From: Nitrospirota bacterium
GTDB lineage: Bacteria > Nitrospirota > Thermodesulfovibrionia > Thermodesulfovibrionales > Dissulfurispiraceae
Direction: 5' to 3'
Length of the DNA: 64,000 nt
Assembly: GCA_040754455.1 (NCBI GenBank)
Contig: JBFMCP010000010.1
Span: 19,540-83,539, forward strand
Numbering within the stretch: position 1 is the first letter of the stretch; the number at the start of each line of letters is the position of its first letter. This document shows, piece after piece, positions 9,271 through 18,007 of the stretch. Under the pieces are notes generated by a model, which did no database searches, was not told the origin of the DNA, and saw nothing but the letters and a program-made list of their open reading frames with translations. A program made the translations under genes and the position numbers.

Positions 9271-10208
9271 AAGCAATCCATCGTATACTACTTGTGCTGC
9301 TGCTCATTGCCGGCCTCGTTGCCGTATCCTGCCAGCAGAAGCCTGAAGGGACCAGGGGCACAGAAGAAAAGAGACTCAACGCCGTTGCCAGCCTTTTCCC
9401 GCTCTATGATTTTGCACGGAATATCGCCCGGGATAGGGCGGAGATCACTTTGCTGCTCCCTCCCGGTGTTGAGCCGCACAGCTTTGAGCCCAAGCCCGGT
9501 GATATCGTGCGCCTCTCAAAGACGGACATGCTCATTTATACGAATGAATATATGGAACCGTGGATTGATGATATTCTGAAGGGAGTTGCCAATAAGGATC
9601 TCCTGGTCATCGACTCCAGCAAAGGTATATCGCTCATAGAGGAGACAGAAGAAAAAGGCCGCAGCGATGAGCATGAAAGGGGTGATCCCCATGTATGGCT
9701 TGATTTCTCCAATGCTATAATCATGGTTGACAATATTCTCGAGGGGTTTGTGAAAAAGGATCCTGTCAATACCGAATTCTACCGGAATAACGCAGCGGCG
9801 TATAAGGCGCAGCTGAAGGCGCTCGATGAGAAATTCGAAAAGACATTGTCAGGATGTAAAAAGAAGATTTTCATCAACGGCGGCCATTTCACCTTCGGCT
9901 ATCTGGCACGGCGCTACCATCTCAAATACTTTTCGGCATACGGGTTCTCACCCAATGCCGAGCCGTCACCGAGAGAGCTTGCCGCGCTCAGCGCACAACT
10001 CAAGCGCCACGGGCTAAAGCACATATTTTACGAGGAGCTGATCACGCCGCGCGTTGCACGGACGATCGCAGGGGAAACAGGGGCATCGCTGCTCATGCTC
10101 CACGGGGCGCATAATATTTCCAGGGAAGAGTTCGAACGCGGGACCACGTTCCTCGACCTCATGGAGAAAAACCTCGAAAATCTGAAGGTCGGACTCCAAT
10201 GCCGGTGA
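9267..10208 (+). CDS. znuA: Zinc ABC transporter substrate-binding lipoprotein
   Basis: Lipobox (VAVSC), EPHSFEP, DPHVWLD, FGYLARRY; ATG overlaps the zur stop. Confidence 0.9.
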   Translation: MKAIHRILLVLLLIAGLVAVSCQQKPEGTRGTEEKRLNAVASLFPLYDFARNIARDRAEITLLLPPGVEPHSFEPKPGDIVRLSKTDMLIYTNEYMEPWIDDILKGVANKDLLVIDSSKGISLIEETEEKGRSDEHERGDPHVWLDFSNAIIMVDNILEGFVKKDPVNTEFYRNNAAAYKAQLKALDEKFEKTLSGCKKKIFINGGHFTFGYLARRYHLKYFSAYGFSPNAEPSPRELAALSAQLKRHGLKHIFYEELITPRVARTIAGETGASLLMLHGAHNISREEFERGTTFLDLMEKNLENLKVGLQCR

Positions 10209-10963
10209 CCCCGACGCCTGTCATTGCGGTTGAACACCTCTCCCTTGAGTATAAATCGGTAGAGGTGTTGAGCGATTTGACCTTTACCGTGCAGGCAGGA
10301 GATTATATCGGCCTTGTCGGACCCAACGGATCGGGAAAATCGACGCTCATCAAGGTGCTGCTGGGTCTGGTAGCGCCGTCACGCGGGGACGTGTCTATGC
10401 TCGGGAGCTCCCCCTCGGCATTTAAGGAATGGCGGCGCATCGGTTATCTTCCCCAAAGGATCAGTTTCTTCAATCCCTATTTCCCCGGAACCGTAGAAGA
10501 GATTGTCGGCCTGGGGCTTCTCTCGCAGAAGCGCTTTCCGAAGCGTATTGCCTCTTCGGATGGAGAACGTATCAAAAAAGCATTAGAGCTGATGAGCATA
10601 ACGGGCATCCGGCACAAGCTCATTGGAGAGCTCTCGGGCGGACAGCAGCAGCGTGTGCTCATCGCCCGGGCCTTGGTGAACGAGCCTGAGCTCCTGATCC
10701 TCGACGAGCCTACCACGGCGCTGGACCCGGAAACACGTGAAAATTTCTTTTCTCTCATGCACCACCTCAACAAGAGCAAGGGGATTACGATCATACTGGT
10801 TACCCATGACATCGGCAACATCGGCAGGTACGCCTCAAAAATGTTGTACCTTGATAAAAGGATCATCTTTTACGGCGGATTCGATGAATTCTGCCTTTCT
10901 GAAACGATGGCGAGATTTTTCGGTGTCTCTTCCCAGCACCTTATATGCCACCGACACGACTAA
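10199..10963 (+). CDS. znuC: Zinc ABC transporter ATP-binding protein
   Basis: GPNGSGKS, LSGGQQQR, LDEPT, C-terminal HLICHRH. Confidence 0.9.
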   Translation: MPVTPTPVIAVEHLSLEYKSVEVLSDLTFTVQAGDYIGLVGPNGSGKSTLIKVLLGLVAPSRGDVSMLGSSPSAFKEWRRIGYLPQRISFFNPYFPGTVEEIVGLGLLSQKRFPKRIASSDGERIKKALELMSITGIRHKLIGELSGGQQQRVLIARALVNEPELLILDEPTTALDPETRENFFSLMHHLNKSKGITIILVTHDIGNIGRYASKMLYLDKRIIFYGGFDEFCLSETMARFFGVSSQHLICHRHD

Positions 10964-10970
10964 TAAAAAC

Positions 10971-11071
10971 AGGGGTCAGGAGCCAGAATCCAGAATAAAA
11001 AATTAAGGAATAAAGACGAAAGATGTTAAATTCATTTTATTCTGACTCCCGGATTCTGGATTCTATCTTCT
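10971..11071. repeat. Heptamer-periodic inverted repeat element (AGAATCC type) inside the znu operon
   Basis: aggggtc aggagcc agaatcc agaataa ... ttattct gactccc ggattct ggattct; same family as 6071-6160. Confidence 0.75.
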
Positions 11072-11084
11072 GAATTGGAGAGAT

Positions 11085-11900
11085 ATGGATATTTTTGAGT
11101 TTCTGCAGTACGGTTTTATCCAGAGGGCGATCATCGCGGGATCCTTCATTGCCTTGCTCTGCTCCACGCTGGGCGTTATGCTTGTTCTGCGGAGGCTTTC
11201 GCTCATCGGCGACGGTCTTGCCCATGTGACCTTCGGCAGTGTTGCCCTGGGCCTGCTGCTCAGGGTGTATCCGCTCTACGCATCCATCCCCCTCGTCATC
11301 CTCGGCTCTCTGGGCGTCCTGAGACTCATGGAACGGGCCAAACTCTACGGTGATGCGGCAATCGGCCTCGTCTCCTCATTGGGGATTGCCGGCGGCGTCA
11401 TTCTGGCGAGTGTGGCAGGAGGGTTCAATGTCGACCTCTTCAGTTATCTCTTTGGAAACATTCTTGCCATAAGCGAATCCGAGGTCATTATTGCGATCAT
11501 CCTTTCCCTTACGGTGCTCCTCGTTATTTCTCTTTATTATAATGAGCTTTTTTCACTTACCTTCGATGAGGAATTTGCAAAGACTTCGGGCATCAACACG
11601 GAAAAGCTGAACACCATTGTCATTATCCTTGCCGCTGTTACGGTGGTCCTGACCATGCGTGTGGTTGGCATCATGCTGACCTCTGCCCTTCTGATTATCC
11701 CCGCGGTAACGGCGCTGCAGCTTGCACGGAGCTTTCGCACCGCGATGGTCATTGCTTCCGTTACCTCGGTGCTTTCGGTCATCTTGGGCATCGGGATATC
11801 CTTTGCCTTTGACCTGCCTACCGGGGCAGTGATCGTTATCGTTAATTTTATCTTTTTTACAGTCGCTTACGGCTGCAAAAGAGTGCGTCTGAGCGACTAG
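11085..11900 (+). CDS. znuB: Zinc ABC transporter permease
   Basis: RRLSLIGDGLAH, SYLFGNIL, VVGIMLTSALLIIP. Confidence 0.9.
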   Translation: MDIFEFLQYGFIQRAIIAGSFIALLCSTLGVMLVLRRLSLIGDGLAHVTFGSVALGLLLRVYPLYASIPLVILGSLGVLRLMERAKLYGDAAIGLVSSLGIAGGVILASVAGGFNVDLFSYLFGNILAISESEVIIAIILSLTVLLVISLYYNELFSLTFDEEFAKTSGINTEKLNTIVIILAAVTVVLTMRVVGIMLTSALLIIPAVTALQLARSFRTAMVIASVTSVLSVILGIGISFAFDLPTGAVIVIVNFIFFTVAYGCKRVRLSD

Positions 11901-12103
11901 TCCCCCTTGTTTCAGGCATCCTGCCTGTCGGCTCCGAGGATATCCGTCCCTTTCCCTTTGCGGCTTGTTTTCTTTATGCATTTTTGCTGAGACGAAGGTT
12001 TAAAAATGTGATAGTCTTTAAAAAGGAGTATATATCATCCAGGTGTGCTCCATCTGCTGCAGAGGTAGAGGGGAGATAAACAACCATGAGAGGAGGATGG
12101 TGT

Positions 12104-12508
12104 ATGAGAAATGTTGCGTTGGTAGTGCTTGCCGTTATGATGGCGGCAGTCTTGTTCGGATGTGCATCGAGAGATTATGTAAGGCAGCAGATCGATCCTC
12201 TCGTCGACAGGATCAGCAAGCTTGAAGCGAAGACAGCGGCATTGGATTCGAGAACAGCGGCGCTCGAAAGCAGACCGGCCGCATCCATGACTGACGTCGA
12301 AGCAGCGCGGAGGGAAGCTGCCGAAGCGAAAGCAATGGCACAGGACGCCCAGAAGGCTGCCGCCGGTGCTGCCGTGGCTCCTGCACCGGATGCTGACGTT
12401 GTCAACCGGGCAGAGACCGCCGCACAGCGCGCTGAGAGCGCTGCTGAAAGGGCCGAGATTGCCTCTCAGAGATCACAAAAGGCCTTTGAACTGCAGCAGA
12501 GAAAGTAG
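12104..12508 (+). CDS. Lpp/OprI-like alanine-zipper lipoprotein
   Basis: Lipobox LFGC, Ala-rich coiled coil, C-terminal ...FELQQRK; AGGAGG RBS. Confidence 0.75.
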   Translation: MRNVALVVLAVMMAAVLFGCASRDYVRQQIDPLVDRISKLEAKTAALDSRTAALESRPAASMTDVEAARREAAEAKAMAQDAQKAAAGAAVAPAPDADVVNRAETAAQRAESAAERAEIASQRSQKAFELQQRK

Positions 12509-12519
12509 AAAAGGATTGC

Positions 12520-12585
12520 CCATTGCGGGGAGTGAAGCGGTGAAGCAATCTCAAACGTGGATTGCTTCGCTTCGCTCGCAATGAC
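12520..12585. repeat. REP-like palindromic element between convergent genes
   Basis: CATTGCG..GTGAAGCAATC-loop-GATTGCTTCGCTTCGCTCGCAATGAC nested inverted repeat. Confidence 0.7.
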
Positions 12586-12593
12586 GAAGTTAT

Positions 12594-13502
12594 CTACGGT
12601 GAGATGTCGACGGGAATCCCTGTCTTTTCCCGGAGGGCCTGCTCGAGTTTTTCCTTGCTGATGGCGTGGCCGAAGAAGTTCTTTTTTTCTAGAATCCGCA
12701 CTGCCTCATCATAATAGTTCAGATTCGTGACATCACTCTCGCTGCGGTGTACTTCAATAAAGAGACGATTATCTCTAACGCCGATTTTCACCGGCTGATG
12801 CACAATGGTTACCGTCGTGCCGAGGGATACGGCGTCGAAGAGCTTCGGTATGTCTTCGGGATAGAGACGGATACAACCGTGGCTGACCCGCCTTCCCACG
12901 CCGAAGGGCCTGTTGGTGCCGTGTATGAGTATGCTGCCCAGAGAGAGGCGTAATGCGTGGGTGCCGAGAGGGTTGTCGGGCCCGGGGGGAACAACGTTCG
13001 GCAGATCAGGGCGTTCCCTGAGGATGGAGGACGGCACATACCAGCTCGGATGCACCGTCTTCTCCGTTACCCTGAACACCCCGAGGGGGGTGTCATTGCC
13101 CTCGGTACCGATGCCGATGGGGAACGTCATGACACGGGGTGAGCGGTGCTGTTTGAAGAAGTAATACAGCCGCATCTCGGCGAGATTGATGACAATCCCT
13201 TCATAACGGGCAACAGCAGGCAGCACCCAGGAGCGCGGTATGGTCACCAGACTCCCGGCGCCGGGGACAAAAGGGTCGAGAGCGGGATTCGCATCGGCAA
13301 TCTCGTTAAAGCCGATGCCGAATTTCCGTGCAAGCTCGATCAGCGATTCATCACCATCCCTGATCGTATAGGTCCCGACCTCTCCGATGACGGTGAGGTC
13401 CTGCCCGTAATAATGGTACACCTCCGCTTTCGCCGATGAGCACTGCAGGGCAGCCATCAGATGGAGGATAAGTAAAGCAAAAAGCATAACAGATGTATTC
13501 AT
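12594..13502 (-). CDS. L,D-transpeptidase (ErfK/YbiS/YcfS/YnhG family, with LysM-like N-terminus)
   Basis: INLAEMRLYY, PPGPDNPLG, LIHGTN..VGRRVSHGCIRL catalytic motif. Confidence 0.92.
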   Translation of the reverse strand: MNTSVMLFALLILHLMAALQCSSAKAEVYHYYGQDLTVIGEVGTYTIRDGDESLIELARKFGIGFNEIADANPALDPFVPGAGSLVTIPRSWVLPAVARYEGIVINLAEMRLYYFFKQHRSPRVMTFPIGIGTEGNDTPLGVFRVTEKTVHPSWYVPSSILRERPDLPNVVPPGPDNPLGTHALRLSLGSILIHGTNRPFGVGRRVSHGCIRLYPEDIPKLFDAVSLGTTVTIVHQPVKIGVRDNRLFIEVHRSESDVTNLNYYDEAVRILEKKNFFGHAISKEKLEQALREKTGIPVDISP

Positions 13503-13583
13503 AATTCAAATGATAATCGACATGGAAGCGATGATGCAATCGATTGACAAAAAGGCGTATTATGTAGTTAAATATATTTTCTT

Positions 13584-13659
13584 GGGCGGATAGCTCAGCT
13601 GGGAGAGCGCAGCCCTTACAAGGCTGATGTCACAGGTTCGATCCCTGTTCCGCCTACCA
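13584..13659 (+). tRNA. tRNA-Val(TAC)
   Basis: 76-nt cloverleaf, anticodon arm CAGCC-CT-TAC-AA-GGCTG, GGTTCGATCC, 3' CCA; TTGACA upstream at 13544. Confidence 0.97.
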
Positions 13660-13733
13660 TTTTTGCCGTTGCGCATTGTAGTGACATGCGCTGGAGCGCA
13701 ATAACGCGCAACGTAGTACGCAGCACCCCCTTT

Positions 13734-13810
13734 GGGGCGGTAGTTCAGCTGGTTAGAACGCCTGCCTGTCACGCAGGAGGTCGCGGGTTCGAGCCCCGTC
13801 CGCCCCGCCA
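13734..13810 (+). tRNA. tRNA-Asp(GTC)
   Basis: 77-nt cloverleaf, CCTGC-CT-GTC-AC-GCAGG, GGTTCGAGCC, 3' CCA. Confidence 0.97.
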
Positions 13811-13869
13811 GTTTTTTCTACTGTTTTTAAAGAATATTTTTGTCTTCTCGACCACTCCGTAGGCCATTT

Positions 13870-13921
13870 TTTGGTGCAAGTTTGGTGCAAGTTTTAGTAG
13901 GCTCTACTACTATTTGCACCA
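13870..13921. repeat. Tandem TTTGGTGCAAG x2 plus inverted TTTGCACCA; resembles tyrosine-integrase arm-type sites
   Basis: Repeats read directly, 60-110 bp downstream of the tRNA-Asp 3' end. Confidence 0.55.
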
Positions 13922-14012
13922 TATCATCCTGTGCTCAAATATAAATGTTACTGAGTATGCATAAGTGTTGATCCAATGAGTACTGAAGCCCATTCCGGGG
14001 CATCTCCAAGCT

Positions 14013-14175
14013 TGTAAATCGGCGTTGAAATTTGATCCACAATCGGCGTCCAAATTTGACCCGCCCACGATTAGATTAATAGCTGTTATAACAAAGCTTT
14101 AGGACATTAGCAGTCGGGTCAAAGTTGAATGCCGATATGGCATTTAAATTGGTCAAACCGCCGTGCCGATCAACA
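14013..14175. mobile_element. IS21-family non-autonomous element (MITE or internally deleted IS), 163 bp
   Basis: TGT...ACA termini; two ATCGGC-N6-7-TTTGA(T/C)C repeats at the left end and two inverted copies at the right end; no ORF. Confidence 0.8.
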
Positions 14176-14320
14176 TCCCTCTACATGGCTGCGCTTGAGC
14201 TTGAAAGGAAATGGAGCAAACCTATCAAGGATTGGGCTATAATCTATGCACAGCTCGTCGTCCTCTTCGAGGACAGGCTGTTATGAGGAAACTGATTTAC
14301 ACAGTTGGCGAGACAGTCCC
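14176..14320 (+). mobile_element. IS256-family 3' remnant (transposase C-terminus plus right inverted repeat)
   Basis: Frame from 14176 reads SLYMAALELERKWSKPIKDWAIIYAQLVVLFEDRLL*, followed by ATTTACACAGTTGGCGAGACAGTCCC. Confidence 0.8.
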
Positions 14321-14418
14321 TATTGCAGTGGCCGTGATTGTCACTGAAACAACAGCCATCGCAATGGCTTGGTATTCTTTCTTCTTGCTTTCTACCATCA
14401 CCCACAGTCGCACCGAAA

Positions 14419-15567
14419 TCATCTCTTCTCGGGCAATCGGTCGCTTAACATTCCTGATGTTAACGGCAGCGTGAAGCTGAAGGTGCTTCCTTTTCCATAG
14501 GTGCTTTCGACCCACATCTTCCCGCCGTGCGCTTCTACGATGGTCTTTGCAATCGAGAGCCCGAGCCCCGAGCCGGTCGAGTCCCTGCTGACGCGGTAGA
14601 AGGCGTCGAATATATAAGGGAGATGTTCTTCCGTAATGCCGATGCCAGTATCACTGACCTGCACGACAACGGCTCCCTCGTCGCGGAGCAATTTGATAGT
14701 GATGCTGCCGCCCGGGTTGGTATAATGAACGGCGTTATCCAGCAGGTTGCCGATAACCCTGCCGATTAGCCCGGCATCGGCATTGATTATCAGCTCCTCA
14801 TTCAGGGGAAATTCGGAGCGGATTTGTATGTTTTTTGCGTCAGCCTTCATTTTCGCGGCCTCAACATGCTTTTGGAGGATGGCTGTTATATTGAACGGAG
14901 CTGTGAGCGGTTTGCACTCCATTGCCTCAAAACGCGAGAACTCAAGAAAGTCTGTGATCAGCCACTCCAGCTTGTTCAACTCCTCCATCACCGATTTCAG
15001 ATAGTCCTGCTGCTTCTTTGTCGTGGCGCCTGCCTTGCCCGAAAGCAGCCTCTGTATAAACCCACCCGCGGTTATTATCGGGTTCTTCATGTCATGGGCA
15101 AACATGGAGAGGATGTTCCGCCGTTCCCGTTCCAGTTTCTTGATCTCTGTGATATCTCTGAAAAGTTCGACGCCGCCTGCAAACGATCCCCTCTCATCGA
15201 AGAGCGGAGCGGTCGTAACCGAGAGAAAGATCATCTCGCCCGTTTTCTTCCGTATCGCGACTTCCGTTGCGATGATCTGCTCATGCTGCATGAGCGTATA
15301 CTTGAATAAAGGACAGGTGTCTTTCTCCGATGTGTAGTGGAGAGTCTCGAAGTGGGATGTGCCGACCACTTCTTCCTTTGAATAACCGGTAATCTTTTCC
15401 GCCGCACGGTTGAAATCAACGATTATTCCCTCCCTGTCCACCCGTGTGAAGCCTACGGGGAGTGTATCGATGACAAGATCATAAAACGATTGTTTATGAG
15501 AGTCTCCTTGGTGGGAGTCATCCCGGCGCTTCCCGCGCTTGCTTATCCGGAGCCGGCGGACGCTCAT
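14419..15567 (-). CDS. Cytoplasmic PAS-domain sensor histidine kinase
   Basis: PAS ([18 protein letters not shown]), H-box AHDMKNP, NLLDNA, DTGIGI, GSGLGL. Confidence 0.92.
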   Translation of the reverse strand: MSVRRLRISKRGKRRDDSHQGDSHKQSFYDLVIDTLPVGFTRVDREGIIVDFNRAAEKITGYSKEEVVGTSHFETLHYTSEKDTCPLFKYTLMQHEQIIATEVAIRKKTGEMIFLSVTTAPLFDERGSFAGGVELFRDITEIKKLERERRNILSMFAHDMKNPIITAGGFIQRLLSGKAGATTKKQQDYLKSVMEELNKLEWLITDFLEFSRFEAMECKPLTAPFNITAILQKHVEAAKMKADAKNIQIRSEFPLNEELIINADAGLIGRVIGNLLDNAVHYTNPGGSITIKLLRDEGAVVVQVSDTGIGITEEHLPYIFDAFYRVSRDSTGSGLGLSIAKTIVEAHGGKMWVESTYGKGSTFSFTLPLTSGMLSDRLPEKR

Positions 15568-15761
15568 TTGAGCGCTCCTTTTACAATGACGCCCACCGCC
15601 TCCCCATAAAGCAATCCGTGCGCCGTGAGCGTTTCGAACTGCTTTTCGACGCAGCCGGTCAGCACAGTCACTTCACCCGCATCAATGGCGAGGGATGGTC
15701 CTGAAAGAATGACACGTTTCACGGCTGTATACCTACTCCTATCGGGCTCGAGCAGGCTCAT
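15564..15761 (-). CDS. Small hypothetical protein or gene remnant coupled to the kinase
   Basis: 65 aa; GAGGTG upstream; stop overlaps the kinase ATG. Confidence 0.3.
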   Translation of the reverse strand: MSLLEPDRSRYTAVKRVILSGPSLAIDAGEVTVLTGCVEKQFETLTAHGLLYGEAVGVIVKGALK

Positions 15762-16222
15762 ATCGGCTTTCCACCTCTTTCATTCGTACAAGAGTATAAG
15801 AAACTCTACGGAACTCTATACGCTATTATATCACCTGCAGCCTCCTCCGGCACGGGCTCTCGAGACAAAGAAGGGTTTGAACGGCATCCTGTTTTGTGGT
15901 ACATAACAACTATCATTATCCAGGGGGCTGACAGCCGGCTCGGGTCAGGAAGCCCGTGGACGAGCGATACGTCGATCTTGATTTTCTGAACAGGCAACCG
16001 CTTGTTGATTCCTCTGTTGCGCGGTTCCCCAGCGAGTACAACTGCCGGAAACGCCAGGTTGGGTCTCTTCCGCCAATACGCTATAATTGTTTATAGCAGC
16101 ATACCTGTAGTATCTCCGTAATTAAACGAAGGGCACCTTGAGTGCCGGCTACTGTTCAGCTGTGCGCGTTGCCTTCACTGTGCGAGGCATAATCTTATGA
16201 AATCCACGATAGTGATCGGCTG

Positions 16223-18007
16223 ATGGCTGTTCCATGTTCAGTGATAAGGCTGCCGGGTCTTGCTCTCATACTGCTCATCATCGGCCTCGTATGCGCTGCA
16301 TCGGCAGAGACCGTCCAATTGCCTGCCGTGGAGACGACAGGCCTCGAGGTTGAGGTGGTCGGCGTTGAAGATCCGCTGAGGAGCAATATTCTATCGTATC
16401 TTACCATCGAGCAGCGGAAGCATGATCCATTCCTTACCCCCGGGACCATCGCTGAACTGCACGAACAAGCTCCGGATGAGATCAGAAGGGCGTTGCAACC
16501 CTTCGGTTTCTATACGCCTGAAATCAGCGCCGATCTCATCCGGCGCGACCGGCACTGGACCGCCCGCTATGCGGTGAAGCCCGGCAGGCCGGTTATTATA
16601 GGTGATGTAGATGTCCGCGTCACCGGGGCCGGCGCCGAGGACAGGCTTCTCATGGAGCTTCGTGAAGACTTTCCGGTCAAAGTCGGTGACCGGCTGCAGC
16701 ACCAGCACTATGAAAAGGCAAAGCAGGACCTCCTCGAGACTGCGATCAACGGAGGATACCTCGATGCGGTGGTGCTGGCTCATGAGGTGAAGGTGTATCC
16801 GGACGTGCATACTGCCACAATCACGCTCCACCTCGACACAGGGCCGCTGTACCGGTTCGGCGAGGTCACGTTTGAGCAGGAGGCGTTCCGCCAGGAGTTC
16901 CTCTCTCGCTTTGTCCCTTTTAAGAAGGGAGACCCCTACCGGCTCTCTGATCTGTTCGAGCTCCAGAATGACCTTACCGGCAGCGACTACTTCAGCTCTG
17001 TAGATGTCGTACCGCGCAAGGACGAGGCACGAGACCATGAGGTGCCTATTACGGTGCAGCTCACTCCGAAAAAGCGCCAGAGGTATACGTTTGGCATCGG
17101 CTACGGCACGGATACGGGGTTCCGCGGCATCCTCGGGTGGGAAAACCGGCGGGTAAACCGCAGGGGACATCGCTTTCTGAGCGAGCTGCAGCTCTCTGAG
17201 GTTAAGCAGAGTTTTGTAGCACGGTACATTGTCCCTATGAGAAGACCTGCTACCGATTCCCTGAATTTTTCCGCTGGATTGTCGCACGAAAATACGCTGA
17301 CCAGCGAGAGCGAGGTCCTTTCGTTCGACACAAGCTATGCCCGGAAGCGCGGCACATGGCTGCAAACTTTTTACCTCGCACTCAGGCAGGAAAGTTTCAC
17401 GATAGGTGATGAAGAGGGCAGTTCCCGGCTGCTCATGCCCGGCACCGTCTTGACACGAATAACTGCGGATGACCGCATCTACACCACGCGCGGCAGCAGG
17501 ATCATTCTTGAATTCAAGGGGGCACACGAAGCCCTTGGCTCGGATACGTCCTTTGTCCAGTTCCGGACGGGTACAAAACTCATCTTCGGCCCGTGGGAGA
17601 CGGGAAGGGTCATCCTGCGCGGCGATCTCGGCGCAAGCGTCATAAACAAGTTGAGCGAATTACCGGCGACACAGCGGTTCTTCGCCGGAGGCGACCAGAG
17701 CGTTCGCGGGTATGCTTATAATTCCCTGGGCCCTCGCAGGAACGATGATGTCATCGGTGGCAAGTACCTGATCGTGGGGAGTGTCGAATACGAGCAATCA
17801 ATAACCCGGAAGTGGGGGATCGCTCTCTTTTATGATGTCGGGAATGCGGTGAACAAACTTTCCGATCCCCTTAAGCAGGGGACAGGCCTCGGTGTGCGAT
17901 GGAAGTCACCGATCGGTCTGGTCCGGGTAGACTTCGCTGTTGCGCTGAACAGGGACCCGGATGAAAGCCGGTGGAGAATCCATTTCCTGATCGGTCCTGA
18001 TTTATGA
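16223..18007 (+). CDS. tamA: Translocation and assembly module TamA (Omp85 family)
   Basis: Signal peptide, POTRA domains (ALQPFGFY), GYGTDTG, RFFAGGDQSVRGY, GVRWKSPIG, terminal IGPDL. Confidence 0.93.
   Translation: MAVPCSVIRLPGLALILLIIGLVCAASAETVQLPAVETTGLEVEVVGVEDPLRSNILSYLTIEQRKHDPFLTPGTIAELHEQAPDEIRRALQPFGFYTPEISADLIRRDRHWTARYAVKPGRPVIIGDVDVRVTGAGAEDRLLMELREDFPVKVGDRLQHQHYEKAKQDLLETAINGGYLDAVVLAHEVKVYPDVHTATITLHLDTGPLYRFGEVTFEQEAFRQEFLSRFVPFKKGDPYRLSDLFELQNDLTGSDYFSSVDVVPRKDEARDHEVPITVQLTPKKRQRYTFGIGYGTDTGFRGILGWENRRVNRRGHRFLSELQLSEVKQSFVARYIVPMRRPATDSLNFSAGLSHENTLTSESEVLSFDTSYARKRGTWLQTFYLALRQESFTIGDEEGSSRLLMPGTVLTRITADDRIYTTRGSRIILEFKGAHEALGSDTSFVQFRTGTKLIFGPWETGRVILRGDLGASVINKLSELPATQRFFAGGDQSVRGYAYNSLGPRRNDDVIGGKYLIVGSVEYEQSITRKWGIALFYDVGNAVNKLSDPLKQGTGLGVRWKSPIGLVRVDFAVALNRDPDESRWRIHFLIGPDL

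Noticed and set aside
13660..13733. CGTTGCGC...GCGCAACG inverted repeat between the two tRNAs
   Set aside because: Short; adequately explained as an ordinary tRNA spacer hairpin.
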